A stretch of 37,702 nucleotides of DNA from a virus. Its lineage: Duplodnaviria; Heunggongvirae; Uroviricota; Caudoviricetes. Numbering within the stretch: position 1 is the first letter of the stretch; the number at the start of each line of letters is the position of its first letter. Positions 19,411-28,519 of this stretch are shown piece by piece. Below the pieces are notes generated by a model. The model made no database searches. It had not been told where the DNA came from and was given only the letters and a program-made list of their open reading frames with translations. The translations under genes were made by a program, and so were the position numbers. The stretch is taken from IMG/VR virus record IMGVR_UViG_2681813232_000007, one strand, 5' to 3'.

Positions 19411-19784
19411 GCTGCTACCTGTTGCGCCATCTGATTACGGGTGATCCAGAAGGCAATAACGGTCAGTAGATAAAAGACCAGGGTAATAGCCCACCCCGTC
19501 CAGGCGAGACTTACGACAATCAGCAATCGCATCACCCAGCTGATAAATACGTTTTCTTTTCGGGTAATGGTCTTCAGCAAAGATGCCCTCAACTCCTGCC
19601 AGAGCGAGCCATTCTTAATTAACGCAGCCAGTGCTACCGGAATTACCGCCCATGTCAGTAAACAGGCTACCCAAACGCCGGACGCTGCCAGTACCGGAAA
19701 AATCCCCTGCGGATACACCATTGCTGCAATTAACAGCGCCATCCATAACATCAGAAACAGCCCGCTGATTAATTTCTTTTTCAT
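19407..19784 (-). CDS. lysA: lysis regulatory membrane protein LysA
   Basis: start set at MKKKLISG (ATG at 19784, overlapping K stop as TGAAATGA); about four hydrophobic helices. Confidence 0.75.
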   Translation of the reverse strand: MKKKLISGLFLMLWMALLIAAMVYPQGIFPVLAASGVWVACLLTWAVIPVALAALIKNGSLWQELRASLLKTITRKENVFISWVMRLLIVVSLAWTGWAITLVFYLLTVIAFWITRNQMAQQVAA

Positions 19785-19785
19785 T

Positions 19786-20298
19786 TCAGTTTGCTCCCTG
19801 TAAACACCAGGCCATCTCCCGCGCACGGCGGTTATCCAGCCCCTGATTAAACACACCTTTCACATAAACCCAGCGCGGTAACTGTCGGCACGCATCCGCC
19901 CAGCGCCGCTGATTGAGCAATTTCACCAGTGTGGAACTGCAGGCATTGCTAGTTCCCACGTTGAAGGCAAACGACACCGTAGCGTCATACACCTTCTGTG
20001 GTGGCTGTTGCTTCACACACCTTTCCAGTGCCCGCTCCACACGCAGCACGTTGGAGATCAGCCCTTCTGCTGCCTGTCGTTCCGTGATTGTTTTGCCGGG
20101 AATGACGCCCGATGTATTACCAATGCCGTCAGTCCAGACACCCGCGCTGCACTGATACGGCTGCAGACGACAGCCTTCGTAATCGGCAATCAGTTTCAGC
20201 CCTTCCACGGACGTATGAAGCTGCTGAAAGCCCGGCAGCGTGGCAGCAATAGCCAGCACGGCCCCGACAAGGCAGCGTTTAACGACTGATGGATTCAT
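19786..20298 (-). CDS. K: endolysin (lysozyme family)
   Basis: 170 aa; lysozyme-like core, position between holin and lysA as in P2; hydrophobic N-terminal stretch suggests a signal-anchor. Confidence 0.85.
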   Translation of the reverse strand: MNPSVVKRCLVGAVLAIAATLPGFQQLHTSVEGLKLIADYEGCRLQPYQCSAGVWTDGIGNTSGVIPGKTITERQAAEGLISNVLRVERALERCVKQQPPQKVYDATVSFAFNVGTSNACSSTLVKLLNQRRWADACRQLPRWVYVKGVFNQGLDNRRAREMAWCLQGAN

Positions 20299-20494
20299 AG
20301 TCCTCCCGCGAGATCTGCCCGTCGCGCAGAAGCTGGTAGGCTTTGTGTTTGTAGTACCAGTTGATAGCCAGCATCAGCACACCAATCATCAGGCCGCCCA
20401 GCGTTGAGATATCCTTGATGGACAAATCGCCCAGCCAGGCCAGCACGACGGCGATGCAATACGTGATAAAGGCGCTGATTCGCTCAAGCGTCAT
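20279..20494 (-). CDS. Y: holin
   Basis: 71 aa, two hydrophobic helices and a charged C-terminus; immediately upstream of the endolysin. Confidence 0.8.
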   Translation of the reverse strand: MTLERISAFITYCIAVVLAWLGDLSIKDISTLGGLMIGVLMLAINWYYKHKAYQLLRDGQISREDYESISR

Positions 20495-20497
20495 AAT

Positions 20498-20701
20498 TCA
20501 GTCCCATAGCTGGACGGTCTGCACGGTGGTGGTTGCCGGAATGTCCGGCAGCTCCACCTGCAGCCCGTGAGGTAAAAAGGGGCCGTATTCGGCAAGCCCC
20601 GGATTTGCCTTCAGTACCTGCTCCGTGACACCCTGCGTGCGCCCGTAATGACGCCAGCAAAGCGCGTCCACCGTGTCATACTGATGCGCACGCACTTTCA
20701 T
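20498..20701 (-). CDS. X: tail protein X
   Basis: 67 aa, size and position match P2 gpX. Confidence 0.8.
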   Translation of the reverse strand: MKVRAHQYDTVDALCWRHYGRTQGVTEQVLKANPGLAEYGPFLPHGLQVELPDIPATTTVQTVQLWD

Positions 20702-21165
20702 CAGATAAGCTCCACTGTGCAGTGCGGCGCATCCTGCACCCGGCTGATGGCCCAGCGGGCGTCACGCCACAAATCACCGCTTGCTTCCGCCAGTTCCTCG
20801 CCTCGCTTCACACCGGACGCCGTGGCGTCATAGTCCTGATAACGCTCGTTGAGCATGGCGCGTGCCCAGCAGTAAACCGCGTTGAAATAGTGCTGAATGC
20901 GCTCACTTTTGCCGTCCAACTGTTCCGCCGGAACCTCAGCCAGCGACGCATACCCCAGCATCTGCTGACGTCTGCGAAACTCATACAGCTCTGCGTTGAC
21001 CTCCGAAATTGCCGACAGCGCAACCTGCTTTAAACGCGGCTGCGTCACCGTGCCGTCAGTGCGCATCACACTGCGAAACTCCGACAGGTCCACATCAGGC
21101 CAGAACGGCGTATTTCTGATGATTTCCGCCTGTTCCGGTGCCTGTTCTGGCGCAACAAACTTCAT
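20701..21165 (-). CDS. L: head completion/stabilisation protein L
   Basis: start set at MKFVAPEQ (ATG at 21165) because AGGAGA lies 7 nt upstream; ORF-track start 21228 is an extension. Confidence 0.8.
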   Translation of the reverse strand: MKFVAPEQAPEQAEIIRNTPFWPDVDLSEFRSVMRTDGTVTQPRLKQVALSAISEVNAELYEFRRRQQMLGYASLAEVPAEQLDGKSERIQHYFNAVYCWARAMLNERYQDYDATASGVKRGEELAEASGDLWRDARWAISRVQDAPHCTVELI

Positions 21166-21260
21166 GCTGCTTTCTCCTGAAATAAAGGGCGGTGGACGGG
21201 GTTTTGATGTGGCAGAGCCTTTCGCCACCCCGTGCCGCCCGTGCGCGGGGGCACGTTCTG

Positions 21261-21911
21261 TCAGCGGCTGTCATTGCGCAGTCTGCGCTCCAGCTGCTGT
21301 TTGTCTTTTTTCACGCCACAGCGGGGATCGAGCTGTAACGCATGGTTGAGATGATTAAGGGCGGAAGCCGGATTGCTTTCACTCAGGACTGCGCCAATCG
21401 CTTTATGCAGACGCGCCCGTGACTGGTCCGGCATATCCAGATCGTCTGTCAGTTCCAGCGTCTGCAGCAACAGATCAGCATCAAAGCCGATGGCGGCAAG
21501 CATTGCGCTCTGCGCTGCGTCTGCCATTTCCTCTGCCAGCACGGTCTGCACGTTGCGGTTACCCAGCGGCATCACCCAGCCATGACGCAGGGCATGACGC
21601 CCGATCTCCAGCGCCCCGGCATAATCTCCGGCATCAATGCGCCACAGCATCACGTACATCAGCACGTCATCCTGCTGTGCGCCTCCGGCAGCCAGGACAC
21701 CCTCCGCCCAGGCGGCGTACTTCGGCAGCAGCTCCACTTTGATTTCCGCTTTTTTGACCGTGGACTGAACGCCCTTGAGACGGCGGCGGTCTTCCGCCAG
21801 TTGCAGTAGCATCAGGTCATAGCCCGACGCGTGGCGAACACTGCCGCCCTCGCGGGCGGCCTGTTCAGCCTGAACGCGCAGGCGATGCTGCCGTGCGGGA
21901 CTCAGGCTCAT
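21261..21911 (-). CDS. M: terminase small (endonuclease) subunit M
   Basis: 216 aa, position between N and L as in P2. Confidence 0.8.
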   Translation of the reverse strand: MSLSPARQHRLRVQAEQAAREGGSVRHASGYDLMLLQLAEDRRRLKGVQSTVKKAEIKVELLPKYAAWAEGVLAAGGAQQDDVLMYVMLWRIDAGDYAGALEIGRHALRHGWVMPLGNRNVQTVLAEEMADAAQSAMLAAIGFDADLLLQTLELTDDLDMPDQSRARLHKAIGAVLSESNPASALNHLNHALQLDPRCGVKKDKQQLERRLRNDSR

Positions 21912-21914
21912 GGT

Positions 21915-22970
21915 TTATGCTCCGGCTTCTGCGGCGGTGCTGAAGTCGCCAATCTGGATGTTTTCCACCAGTGCTGCGCAGCGGTAGTCCTCAACCACAT
22001 AGGCTTCGTTAACGGATTCAAAGTTTTCAATCCGGTCACGTTTCGGGTTGTCGATAACTGAACGGCGGCGGGTGTCTTCCTGCCAGTAGATGGACAGGTT
22101 ATCCAGACGGGTGATCAGCAGCGCATTCGGCGGGAAGAACGGCGCACGCACGGCCTGCAGGCCACCCATGCGTTTCTGGCTGATGATCATATCGGCAGCC
22201 AGTTTTTCACTGTTTTCCTGCTCTTTGTTGACCAGCGGGAAATACTTATCAGACAACAGTTCACGACCGCAAATCACCACCAGATCGTCATCGTCCTGGT
22301 AGACCACGTCGATAAGCTCATTAACGGCATCCATCACCACGGCGTCCAGGTTGGCATATTCGCCACCTTTACCGACTTTCACCGCGCCCGGTGTGGTTTC
22401 ACCGCCCGTGGTGGTGCTGCCCATGACGTGATCCGGTGCATCCTCACGGATTTTCTGCAGCCAGCCTTTATTCACATCCTGCAGCAGCGGGTTTTCGCTA
22501 CGGTTGGAGGTTTTCGCACGCTTCACGCCGTTAAAGCCGATCATGATGCGGTCCAGTGCCTGACGTTTCACGATGGCGTCACGGATACGCACCTGAAAAT
22601 CCTGAAACTTCGCCCACAGGTCCAGCTTCGCGTAGGTCAGCACCGTGTCAAAGTTGGTCTGCTCGCATTTATATTCCACATCGACCATCAGCGTCGGATC
22701 GACAGGTTCACGCTCTTTCGCGGTGGTATCAGTGGTTCCGGCAATGGTGCTGCCAACTCCCAACCCCAGCAGCTGACCGGACTGCTCAGTCACTGGCGTG
22801 ACGTTAATCAGCGTCAGGAAAGCGGCGGACTGCTGGATCTGGTCTTCCAATGTCTGCTGCACGGACGGCTCTACGGTGAACTTGCTGGACAGTTCTTCAA
22901 CTGCCACACCGTTCAGACGCGCCAGTTGCTGCAGGTAAGCGTTAAAAGCAAAGCGGGTATTCTTCTTCAT
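21915..22970 (-). CDS. N: major capsid protein N
   Basis: 351 aa, extensive resemblance to P2 gpN by recall (FNAYL, KFTVEPSV.QTL, DLVVI.GR.LL.DKYFP.VNKEQ.NSE.LAAD.IISQKR). Confidence 0.92.
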   Translation of the reverse strand: MKKNTRFAFNAYLQQLARLNGVAVEELSSKFTVEPSVQQTLEDQIQQSAAFLTLINVTPVTEQSGQLLGLGVGSTIAGTTDTTAKEREPVDPTLMVDVEYKCEQTNFDTVLTYAKLDLWAKFQDFQVRIRDAIVKRQALDRIMIGFNGVKRAKTSNRSENPLLQDVNKGWLQKIREDAPDHVMGSTTTGGETTPGAVKVGKGGEYANLDAVVMDAVNELIDVVYQDDDDLVVICGRELLSDKYFPLVNKEQENSEKLAADMIISQKRMGGLQAVRAPFFPPNALLITRLDNLSIYWQEDTRRRSVIDNPKRDRIENFESVNEAYVVEDYRCAALVENIQIGDFSTAAEAGA

Positions 22971-22986
22971 CAGGTTTTGTGCTCCA

Positions 22987-23820
22987 TCAGCAATTGGTCA
23001 GAGTGTCAGCGGGGGCGTTACCGCCTGTTGCACGCTGGCGGTAGTCCTGGCGGCTGTCTTCTTGGCTCAGCTTGTCCACCAGTTCGTTAAAGGCGGTCTG
23101 CTGTGCCTGCAGGGCTGTCTCCAGCTCAGACAGGCGCTCTTCCTGCTCAGACAGGGATTTTTCGGTGCGCGCACTCAGGTTCTGCTGCTCAGTGGCGACC
23201 AGTTCCACGGCCTTATGCACATCAGAGAACCGGGCGTCATCGGACTGCTCTTTTTTGGTGAACAGCGCCGTGACACGGGCAAACAGGGACGGCTTGTCCT
23301 CCTGGATTTCTTCCAGTTCGATCACCGTTTCCTCTGCGGCTGTAAAGAGATTGGCGGGATTCTGCTTGCGGTTTGCCAGCGGGTTATGGGCTGCACTGGC
23401 GCTGAATGTCAGCATTTCAGTGCCCAGACTGGCAGGGTCATCAGTGGCTGCCAGGCCGACCAGGTAGGCTTTGCCCGTATCAGCAAACTTCGGGCTGACT
23501 TCCATAGAGGTGAATAATTTCTGGCCTTTTTTCACCAGTTCCACCAGGGACTCCGTTGGCTCAACGTCGGCATACAGCGCCATCTTGCCTGCCAGCGGAC
23601 CTTCCGTGATTTCTTCAGCAAACAGCGCCGTCACCTTACCGTAGCGGTTAAAGGTGCTGTCCGGCAGATAAGACTTGATGTGCTCAAGGTTAATCAGCGC
23701 GGTATACACCGCCGGGTTGTAGCTGGCTGCCATCTGTTCCAGCCATTCACGCTGGATTTCGCGTCCGTCGGTGGTGGCACCTTCCACCCCGATGCGAAAA
23801 CGCTTTGCTTTCACTGTCAT
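22987..23820 (-). CDS. O: capsid scaffolding protein O
   Basis: 277 aa, N-terminus FRIGVEG.T.DGR...INLEH like P2 gpO by recall. Confidence 0.9.
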   Translation of the reverse strand: MTVKAKRFRIGVEGATTDGREIQREWLEQMAASYNPAVYTALINLEHIKSYLPDSTFNRYGKVTALFAEEITEGPLAGKMALYADVEPTESLVELVKKGQKLFTSMEVSPKFADTGKAYLVGLAATDDPASLGTEMLTFSASAAHNPLANRKQNPANLFTAAEETVIELEEIQEDKPSLFARVTALFTKKEQSDDARFSDVHKAVELVATEQQNLSARTEKSLSEQEERLSELETALQAQQTAFNELVDKLSQEDSRQDYRQRATGGNAPADTLTNC

Positions 23821-23898
23821 GAGCCGTGCTCCGTTAGAAAAAACTTACTGGAGCCTTATGGTTGCGGTGATGGGGGCAGTGAAACAATGCGCGGTATT

Positions 23899-23916
23899 TG
23901 TACCGACAACCACACA
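23899..23916. promoter_or_regulatory. candidate Ogr-binding site (TGT-N12-ACA) in the divergent O/P late promoter region
   Basis: TGTaccgacaaccacACA between O (minus) and P (plus); centre ~55 nt from the P start codon and ~87 nt from the O start codon. Confidence 0.5.
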
Positions 23917-23962
23917 AACCGCAGGCGGGGAAAGCCTTCATTCAAGGTTGTAGGTTTGTGCC

Positions 23963-25729
23963 ATGAACACCACACTGACACCCGCAGATCTCGATCCCCG
24001 TCGGCAGGCCATGCTGCTGTACTTTCAGGGATACCGCGTAGCCCGCATTGCTGAAATGCTGGGCGAGAAAGTTGCAACCGTTCACAGCTGGAAAAAACGC
24101 GACAAGTGGGGTGACTATGGGCCGCTGGATCAGATGCAGCTCACCACCGCCGCACGCTACTGCCAGCTCATCATGAAGGAGCACAAAGAAGGGAAAGATT
24201 TCAAAGAGATTGACCTGCTGGCGCGCCAGTCGGAGCGCCACGCGCGGATCGGCAAGTTTAACAATGGCGGCAACGAAGCTGACTTAAACCCTAACGTCGC
24301 CAACCGCAACAAAGGCCCACGCCGTCAGCCTGAAAAGAATGTTTTCACCGATGAACAGATTGAGAAGCTGGAAGAAATTTTCCATTCCTCCATGTTCAAC
24401 TACCAGCGCCACTGGTGGGAAGCCGGAAAAACCAACCGCATCCGCAACCTGCTGAAGTCACGCCAGATCGGCGCGACCTTCTATTTTGCCCGTGAAGCCC
24501 TGATTGACGCCCTGCTTACCGGACGTAACCAGATTTTCCTTTCTGCCAGTAAGGCACAGGCCCACGTCTTTAAGCAGTACATCATCGACTTCGCCAAAGA
24601 AGTGGAGGTGGAGCTGAAAGGCGATCCGATGGTGCTTCCCAACGGGGCCACGCTTTACTTCCTCGGCACCAATGCCCGCACGGCCCAGAGTTACCACGGC
24701 AACCTGTATCTGGATGAATATTTCTGGATACCGAAATTCCAGGAGCTGCGCAAAGTGGCTTCCGGTATGGCTATTCACAAAAAATGGCGACAAACCTATT
24801 TTTCCACGCCATCCAGCCTGACACACAGTGCTTATCCGTTCTGGTCCGGTGCGCTGTTCAACCGTGGGCGCAACAAAGCCGATAAGGTGGACATCGACCT
24901 GTCCCACAGCAATCTGGCCCCCGGCCTGCTGTGCGCAGACGGGCAATACCGCCAGATAGTCACCGTGGAAGATGCGGTGCGCGGCGGCTGTAACCTGTTC
25001 GACCTTGACCAGTTGCGCATGGAGTACAGCCCGGACGAATACCAGAACCTGCTGATGTGCGAGTTTGTGGACGATCTCGCGTCCGTGTTCCCGCTCAGCG
25101 AGCTGCAGGCGTGCATGGTAGACAGCTGGGAAGTCTGGACTGACTTTCATGCACTGGCCCTGCGCCCGTTTGGCTGGCGCGAAGTATGGATCGGTTATGA
25201 CCCGGCGAAAGGTACGCAGAATGGCGACAGCGCCGGATGCGTGGTGGTGGCACCGCCAGCCGTGCCGGGCGGCAAGTTCCGCATTCTTGAGCGTCACCAG
25301 TGGCGCGGAATGGACTTTCGCGCCCAGGCTGACGCCATCAAAAAACTGACCGAACAGTACAACGTGACCTACATCGGCATCGACTCGACAGGTGTCGGCC
25401 ACGGGGTTTACGAGAACGTGAAAGCGTTTTTTCCAGCCGTCCGGGAGTTTGTCTACAACCCCAACGTTAAAAACGCCCTGGTACTCAAGGCCTACGACAT
25501 TATCAGTCACCGTCGTCTGGAGTTTGACGCCGGACACACCGACATAGCGCAGTCATTTATGGCAATCCGTCGCGCCACCACCGCCAGCGGCAACCGCCCA
25601 ACCTATGAAGCCAGCCGCAGCGAAGAAGCCAGCCATGCCGATCTGGCCTGGGCAACAATGCACGCACTGTTTAACGAACCGCTGCAGGGCGAATCCGCCA
25701 ATACCAGCAATATTGTGGAGATTTTTTGA
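23963..25729 (+). CDS. P: terminase large (ATPase) subunit P
   Basis: 588 aa, size and divergent position relative to O match P2 gpP. Confidence 0.9.
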   Translation: MNTTLTPADLDPRRQAMLLYFQGYRVARIAEMLGEKVATVHSWKKRDKWGDYGPLDQMQLTTAARYCQLIMKEHKEGKDFKEIDLLARQSERHARIGKFNNGGNEADLNPNVANRNKGPRRQPEKNVFTDEQIEKLEEIFHSSMFNYQRHWWEAGKTNRIRNLLKSRQIGATFYFAREALIDALLTGRNQIFLSASKAQAHVFKQYIIDFAKEVEVELKGDPMVLPNGATLYFLGTNARTAQSYHGNLYLDEYFWIPKFQELRKVASGMAIHKKWRQTYFSTPSSLTHSAYPFWSGALFNRGRNKADKVDIDLSHSNLAPGLLCADGQYRQIVTVEDAVRGGCNLFDLDQLRMEYSPDEYQNLLMCEFVDDLASVFPLSELQACMVDSWEVWTDFHALALRPFGWREVWIGYDPAKGTQNGDSAGCVVVAPPAVPGGKFRILERHQWRGMDFRAQADAIKKLTEQYNVTYIGIDSTGVGHGVYENVKAFFPAVREFVYNPNVKNALVLKAYDIISHRRLEFDAGHTDIAQSFMAIRRATTASGNRPTYEASRSEEASHADLAWATMHALFNEPLQGESANTSNIVEIF

Positions 25730-26763
25730 TGGGAAAGAGTAAGAAGAACCGCGCTGCGGCGACGAAACAGATCCAGCTTAAAAGTCAAACTACAGCCGAA
25801 GCATTCAGCTTCGGCGATCCCGTTCCTGTTCTGGACCGCCGAGAACTGCTGGATTATGTGGAATGCGTACAGATGGACCGTTGGTATGAGCCGCCCGTCA
25901 GCTTTGACGGACTGGCGCGCACCTTCCGCGCTGCCGTGCATCACAGTTCCCCGATTGCAGTAAAGTGCAACATTCTGACCAGTACCTATATCCCTCACCC
26001 GCTGCTCAGCCAGCAGGCTTTTTCACGTTTTGTGCAGGACTACCTGGTATTTGGTAACGCCTACCTGGAGAAACGCACGAACCGCTTCGGTGAAGTTATC
26101 GCCCTTGAGCCTGCCCTGGCAAAATATACCCGACGCGGGTTAGACCTGGATACCTACTGGTTTGTGCAATACGGTATGACAACCCAGCCATATCAGTTCA
26201 CGAAAGGCAGCATTTTTCATCTGATGGAACCAGATATTAATCAGGAGATCTACGGCCTGCCCGGCTATCTTTCTGCCATCCCATCCGCTTTGCTCAACGA
26301 GTCCGCCACGCTGTTCCGCCGCAAATATTACATTAACGGTAGTCATGCAGGCTTCATCATGTACATGACCGATGCCGCGCAGAACCAGGAGGATGTGAAC
26401 AACCTCCGCAATGCGATGAAAAGCGCCAAAGGGCCGGGCAACTTCCGCAACTTGTTTATGTACTCACCCAACGGAAAGAAAGACGGGATTCAGATCATCC
26501 CGCTGTCAGAGGTGGCGGCAAAAGATGAGTTTCTTAACATCAAGAACGTGAGCCGGGATGACATGATGGCAGCGCACCGTGTACCGCCGCAGATGATGGG
26601 GATTATGCCTAGTAATGTTGGCGGGTTTGGGGATGTTGAAAAGGCTAGTAAGGTTTTTGTCAGGAATGAGTTAATTCCGCTACAACACAGAATATCTGAA
26701 ATTAACTCATGGATTGGACTTAATGAAGAACTGGTTAAATTTACCTCATATGAATTAGATTAG
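25726..26763 (+). CDS. Q: portal protein Q
   Basis: 345 aa, size and position match P2 gpQ; overlaps P stop by 4 nt; the last ~40 codons are conspicuously AT-rich. Confidence 0.9.
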   Translation: MMGKSKKNRAAATKQIQLKSQTTAEAFSFGDPVPVLDRRELLDYVECVQMDRWYEPPVSFDGLARTFRAAVHHSSPIAVKCNILTSTYIPHPLLSQQAFSRFVQDYLVFGNAYLEKRTNRFGEVIALEPALAKYTRRGLDLDTYWFVQYGMTTQPYQFTKGSIFHLMEPDINQEIYGLPGYLSAIPSALLNESATLFRRKYYINGSHAGFIMYMTDAAQNQEDVNNLRNAMKSAKGPGNFRNLFMYSPNGKKDGIQIIPLSEVAAKDEFLNIKNVSRDDMMAAHRVPPQMMGIMPSNVGGFGDVEKASKVFVRNELIPLQHRISEINSWIGLNEELVKFTSYELD

Positions 26764-26814
26764 GCATATAGAAATGCACCTAACATCGAAAGTGAGATTA
26801 GGTGCAAATAATAA

Positions 26815-27969
26815 TCAGCTTATTTGACCTAATAATTCTTCCGCATATTTTTTATCACTATCCATCCGTTGCTGAACAGCATCCCTAAGATGCTCTTTCA
26901 ACTTATCAGGATAATTTTTACATGCATCAATCAATTTTGTTCGTAAAAGCTTAGCACCATTTACAATGGTGGCATAAGCTAAAGCATCAGCTAACTCCTT
27001 AACTTTCACATCATCAGTAATGATAGAAGGGATTGAAAAAACGTAATATTTCGCAACATAATTTTGCGTATACCAACTATCATATAACAATCCAATTAAA
27101 GCATCACCAAGATCACCTCTTCTTTTAAATTTGCTACCAAATGTATTACCCCATGTTCCTATAGCTCCTTTGGTCGCATCAGAATAGAAATCCAAATATC
27201 CTTTTTTGCACTCTTCGATGATTATATTTTCCATTCTAATTAAAACATCATCAGGAAGATTTCTCCATGCGCTCGGCTTAATTATTCTAAATACATTAGC
27301 AAACTCAACATTATTGCTAGCCTTGCGTAACTCATCACCTAGCAACCGCATTGCGGCTTTTTCTTCCTCTCCTGAAAAGCGTTGGTTTATTGCTTTGAAT
27401 ATAGAATCAATTTCCTTGGTTGGCCTTTCATTAAAGCGAGAAATTAAACTTTGGAAAAAATCTAGTAGTTTTTTTTCTGGAATTTGTGATATTAAAGCTT
27501 CTGCATAATCAGAATTATTTACAAAGTGAACCTCATAAATTCTTTCAAGAATTGCTGTGTAATCGAACTCAGCAACATCTCTTTTTAAATACTTAATAAA
27601 AGTATCCAACATGATCAATATTCTCATGCAGGAATCTTCTGTATCAGGGAAATTGTCATGTGTCCTTGGATTTCTTATACACTGATAGTAGCCTCTTAAT
27701 AGTGCTTCAAATCCGCGCTGTTCGTCCTGCTCTGATACAGATTGAAGACTATTAATTTGGATTCTAGGTGATTGTCCACCCAAAACAGTACCAACAAGCT
27801 GAGCCCCATCCCCTTCACATTGCCCTTTTTCACGCAGCAAAGTTGTTAGATATTTGGTTCCTGCAAGTATTGCATCCGAAAATTGGTTGTTTTCCAGCCT
27901 ATTACCAATCGCTTCAACTAATTCCGCATCGAAATTATTTGTATTAAAGTTATTTTTTACAAACATCAC
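26815..27969 (-). CDS. orphan cargo protein with N-terminal HEPN-like RNxxxH motif, candidate abortive-infection RNase
   Basis: 384 aa, AT-rich; motif IRNPRTH (R99-H104; codons 27658-27675); GGGGAG Shine-Dalgarno upstream of the ATG; sits between the portal gene and the cos-like site. Confidence 0.6.
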   Translation of the reverse strand: MMFVKNNFNTNNFDAELVEAIGNRLENNQFSDAILAGTKYLTTLLREKGQCEGDGAQLVGTVLGGQSPRIQINSLQSVSEQDEQRGFEALLRGYYQCIRNPRTHDNFPDTEDSCMRILIMLDTFIKYLKRDVAEFDYTAILERIYEVHFVNNSDYAEALISQIPEKKLLDFFQSLISRFNERPTKEIDSIFKAINQRFSGEEEKAAMRLLGDELRKASNNVEFANVFRIIKPSAWRNLPDDVLIRMENIIIEECKKGYLDFYSDATKGAIGTWGNTFGSKFKRRGDLGDALIGLLYDSWYTQNYVAKYYVFSIPSIITDDVKVKELADALAYATIVNGAKLLRTKLIDACKNYPDKLKEHLRDAVQQRMDSDKKYAEELLGQIS

Positions 27970-28052
27970 ACTCCCCTTTTTTTGAAAGGGTATTGTATTG
28001 AACCTTGTTAAGATTTCTCAGATAAGTATCACACTATCTCAAGTTGCGCGCG

Positions 28053-28071
28053 CTCGTATCCCCGCCACGCC
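28053..28071 (-). other. cos-like cohesive-end site (186/P2 type)
   Basis: minus strand reads GGCGTGGCGGGGATACGAG; the first 13 nt match the remembered 186 cohesive end GGCGTGGCGGGGA; located between Q and the tum-like operon as expected. Confidence 0.45.
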
Positions 28072-28116
28072 TGCCCGCTTTATGTAGTGGTTTTCATGCA
28101 CCTGCATGATCTACGC

Positions 28117-28142
28117 AAAAGCCCGCCAGTTCTGGCGGGCCT
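28117..28142 (-). terminator. intrinsic terminator of the tum/dinI-like operon
   Basis: perfect hairpin gcccgccag-ttc-tggcgggc (28121-28140) followed on the minus strand by TTTTG. Confidence 0.7.
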
Positions 28143-28275
28143 TAGCAAAAACGATCCTCAAACGATCATGCGATCTCATGCGGCATAGACATGCACTACA
28201 GAGCTAACGCCTCGCAAGGGCTCGTTGTTCAACCTTGCTGACGCCAGAAGCAAGTTCAGACGCCAGCAACGTTTC

Positions 28276-28509
28276 TTAATGCAGCCAGCTGTCGTCTTCC
28301 CACACCTTCTGCATAATTTTCATCACTTGTTTTCTTTCTTCGTCCAGTTGCAGTCCGGTTAGTTCCACACCGTTAGAGCTACCTTTGCGAATGCGAATTA
28401 CCGTTTTGGGATACAGGGGGCGCAGATTGCGGTAAAGCTCGGATTCAAGGGCGTCCAGGGTAGACTGGCTAATCTTCTGCTCTTTATCGATCATTATTTC
28501 AATGCGCAT
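28276..28509 (-). CDS. DinI-family protein (C-terminal module of a split Tum-like antirepressor)
   Basis: start set at MRIEIMIDKEQ (ATG at 28509, GAGGTG upstream); 77 aa, alignable by eye to E. coli DinI (MRIEV...WESADDW versus MRIEIM...WEDDSW). Confidence 0.8.
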   Translation of the reverse strand: MRIEIMIDKEQKISQSTLDALESELYRNLRPLYPKTVIRIRKGSSNGVELTGLQLDEERKQVMKIMQKVWEDDSWLH

Positions 28510-28519
28510 AAAAGTCACC

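Noticed and set aside
23956-23973. Second TGT-N12-ACA element
   Set aside because: Overlaps the P start codon, so it cannot sit upstream of P; for O it would be ~145 nt from the start. More likely a chance occurrence than a second activator site, but not excluded.
24458-25537. 359-aa minus-strand ORF
   Set aside because: Antisense to the well-supported terminase large subunit gene; no start context or recognisable motifs.
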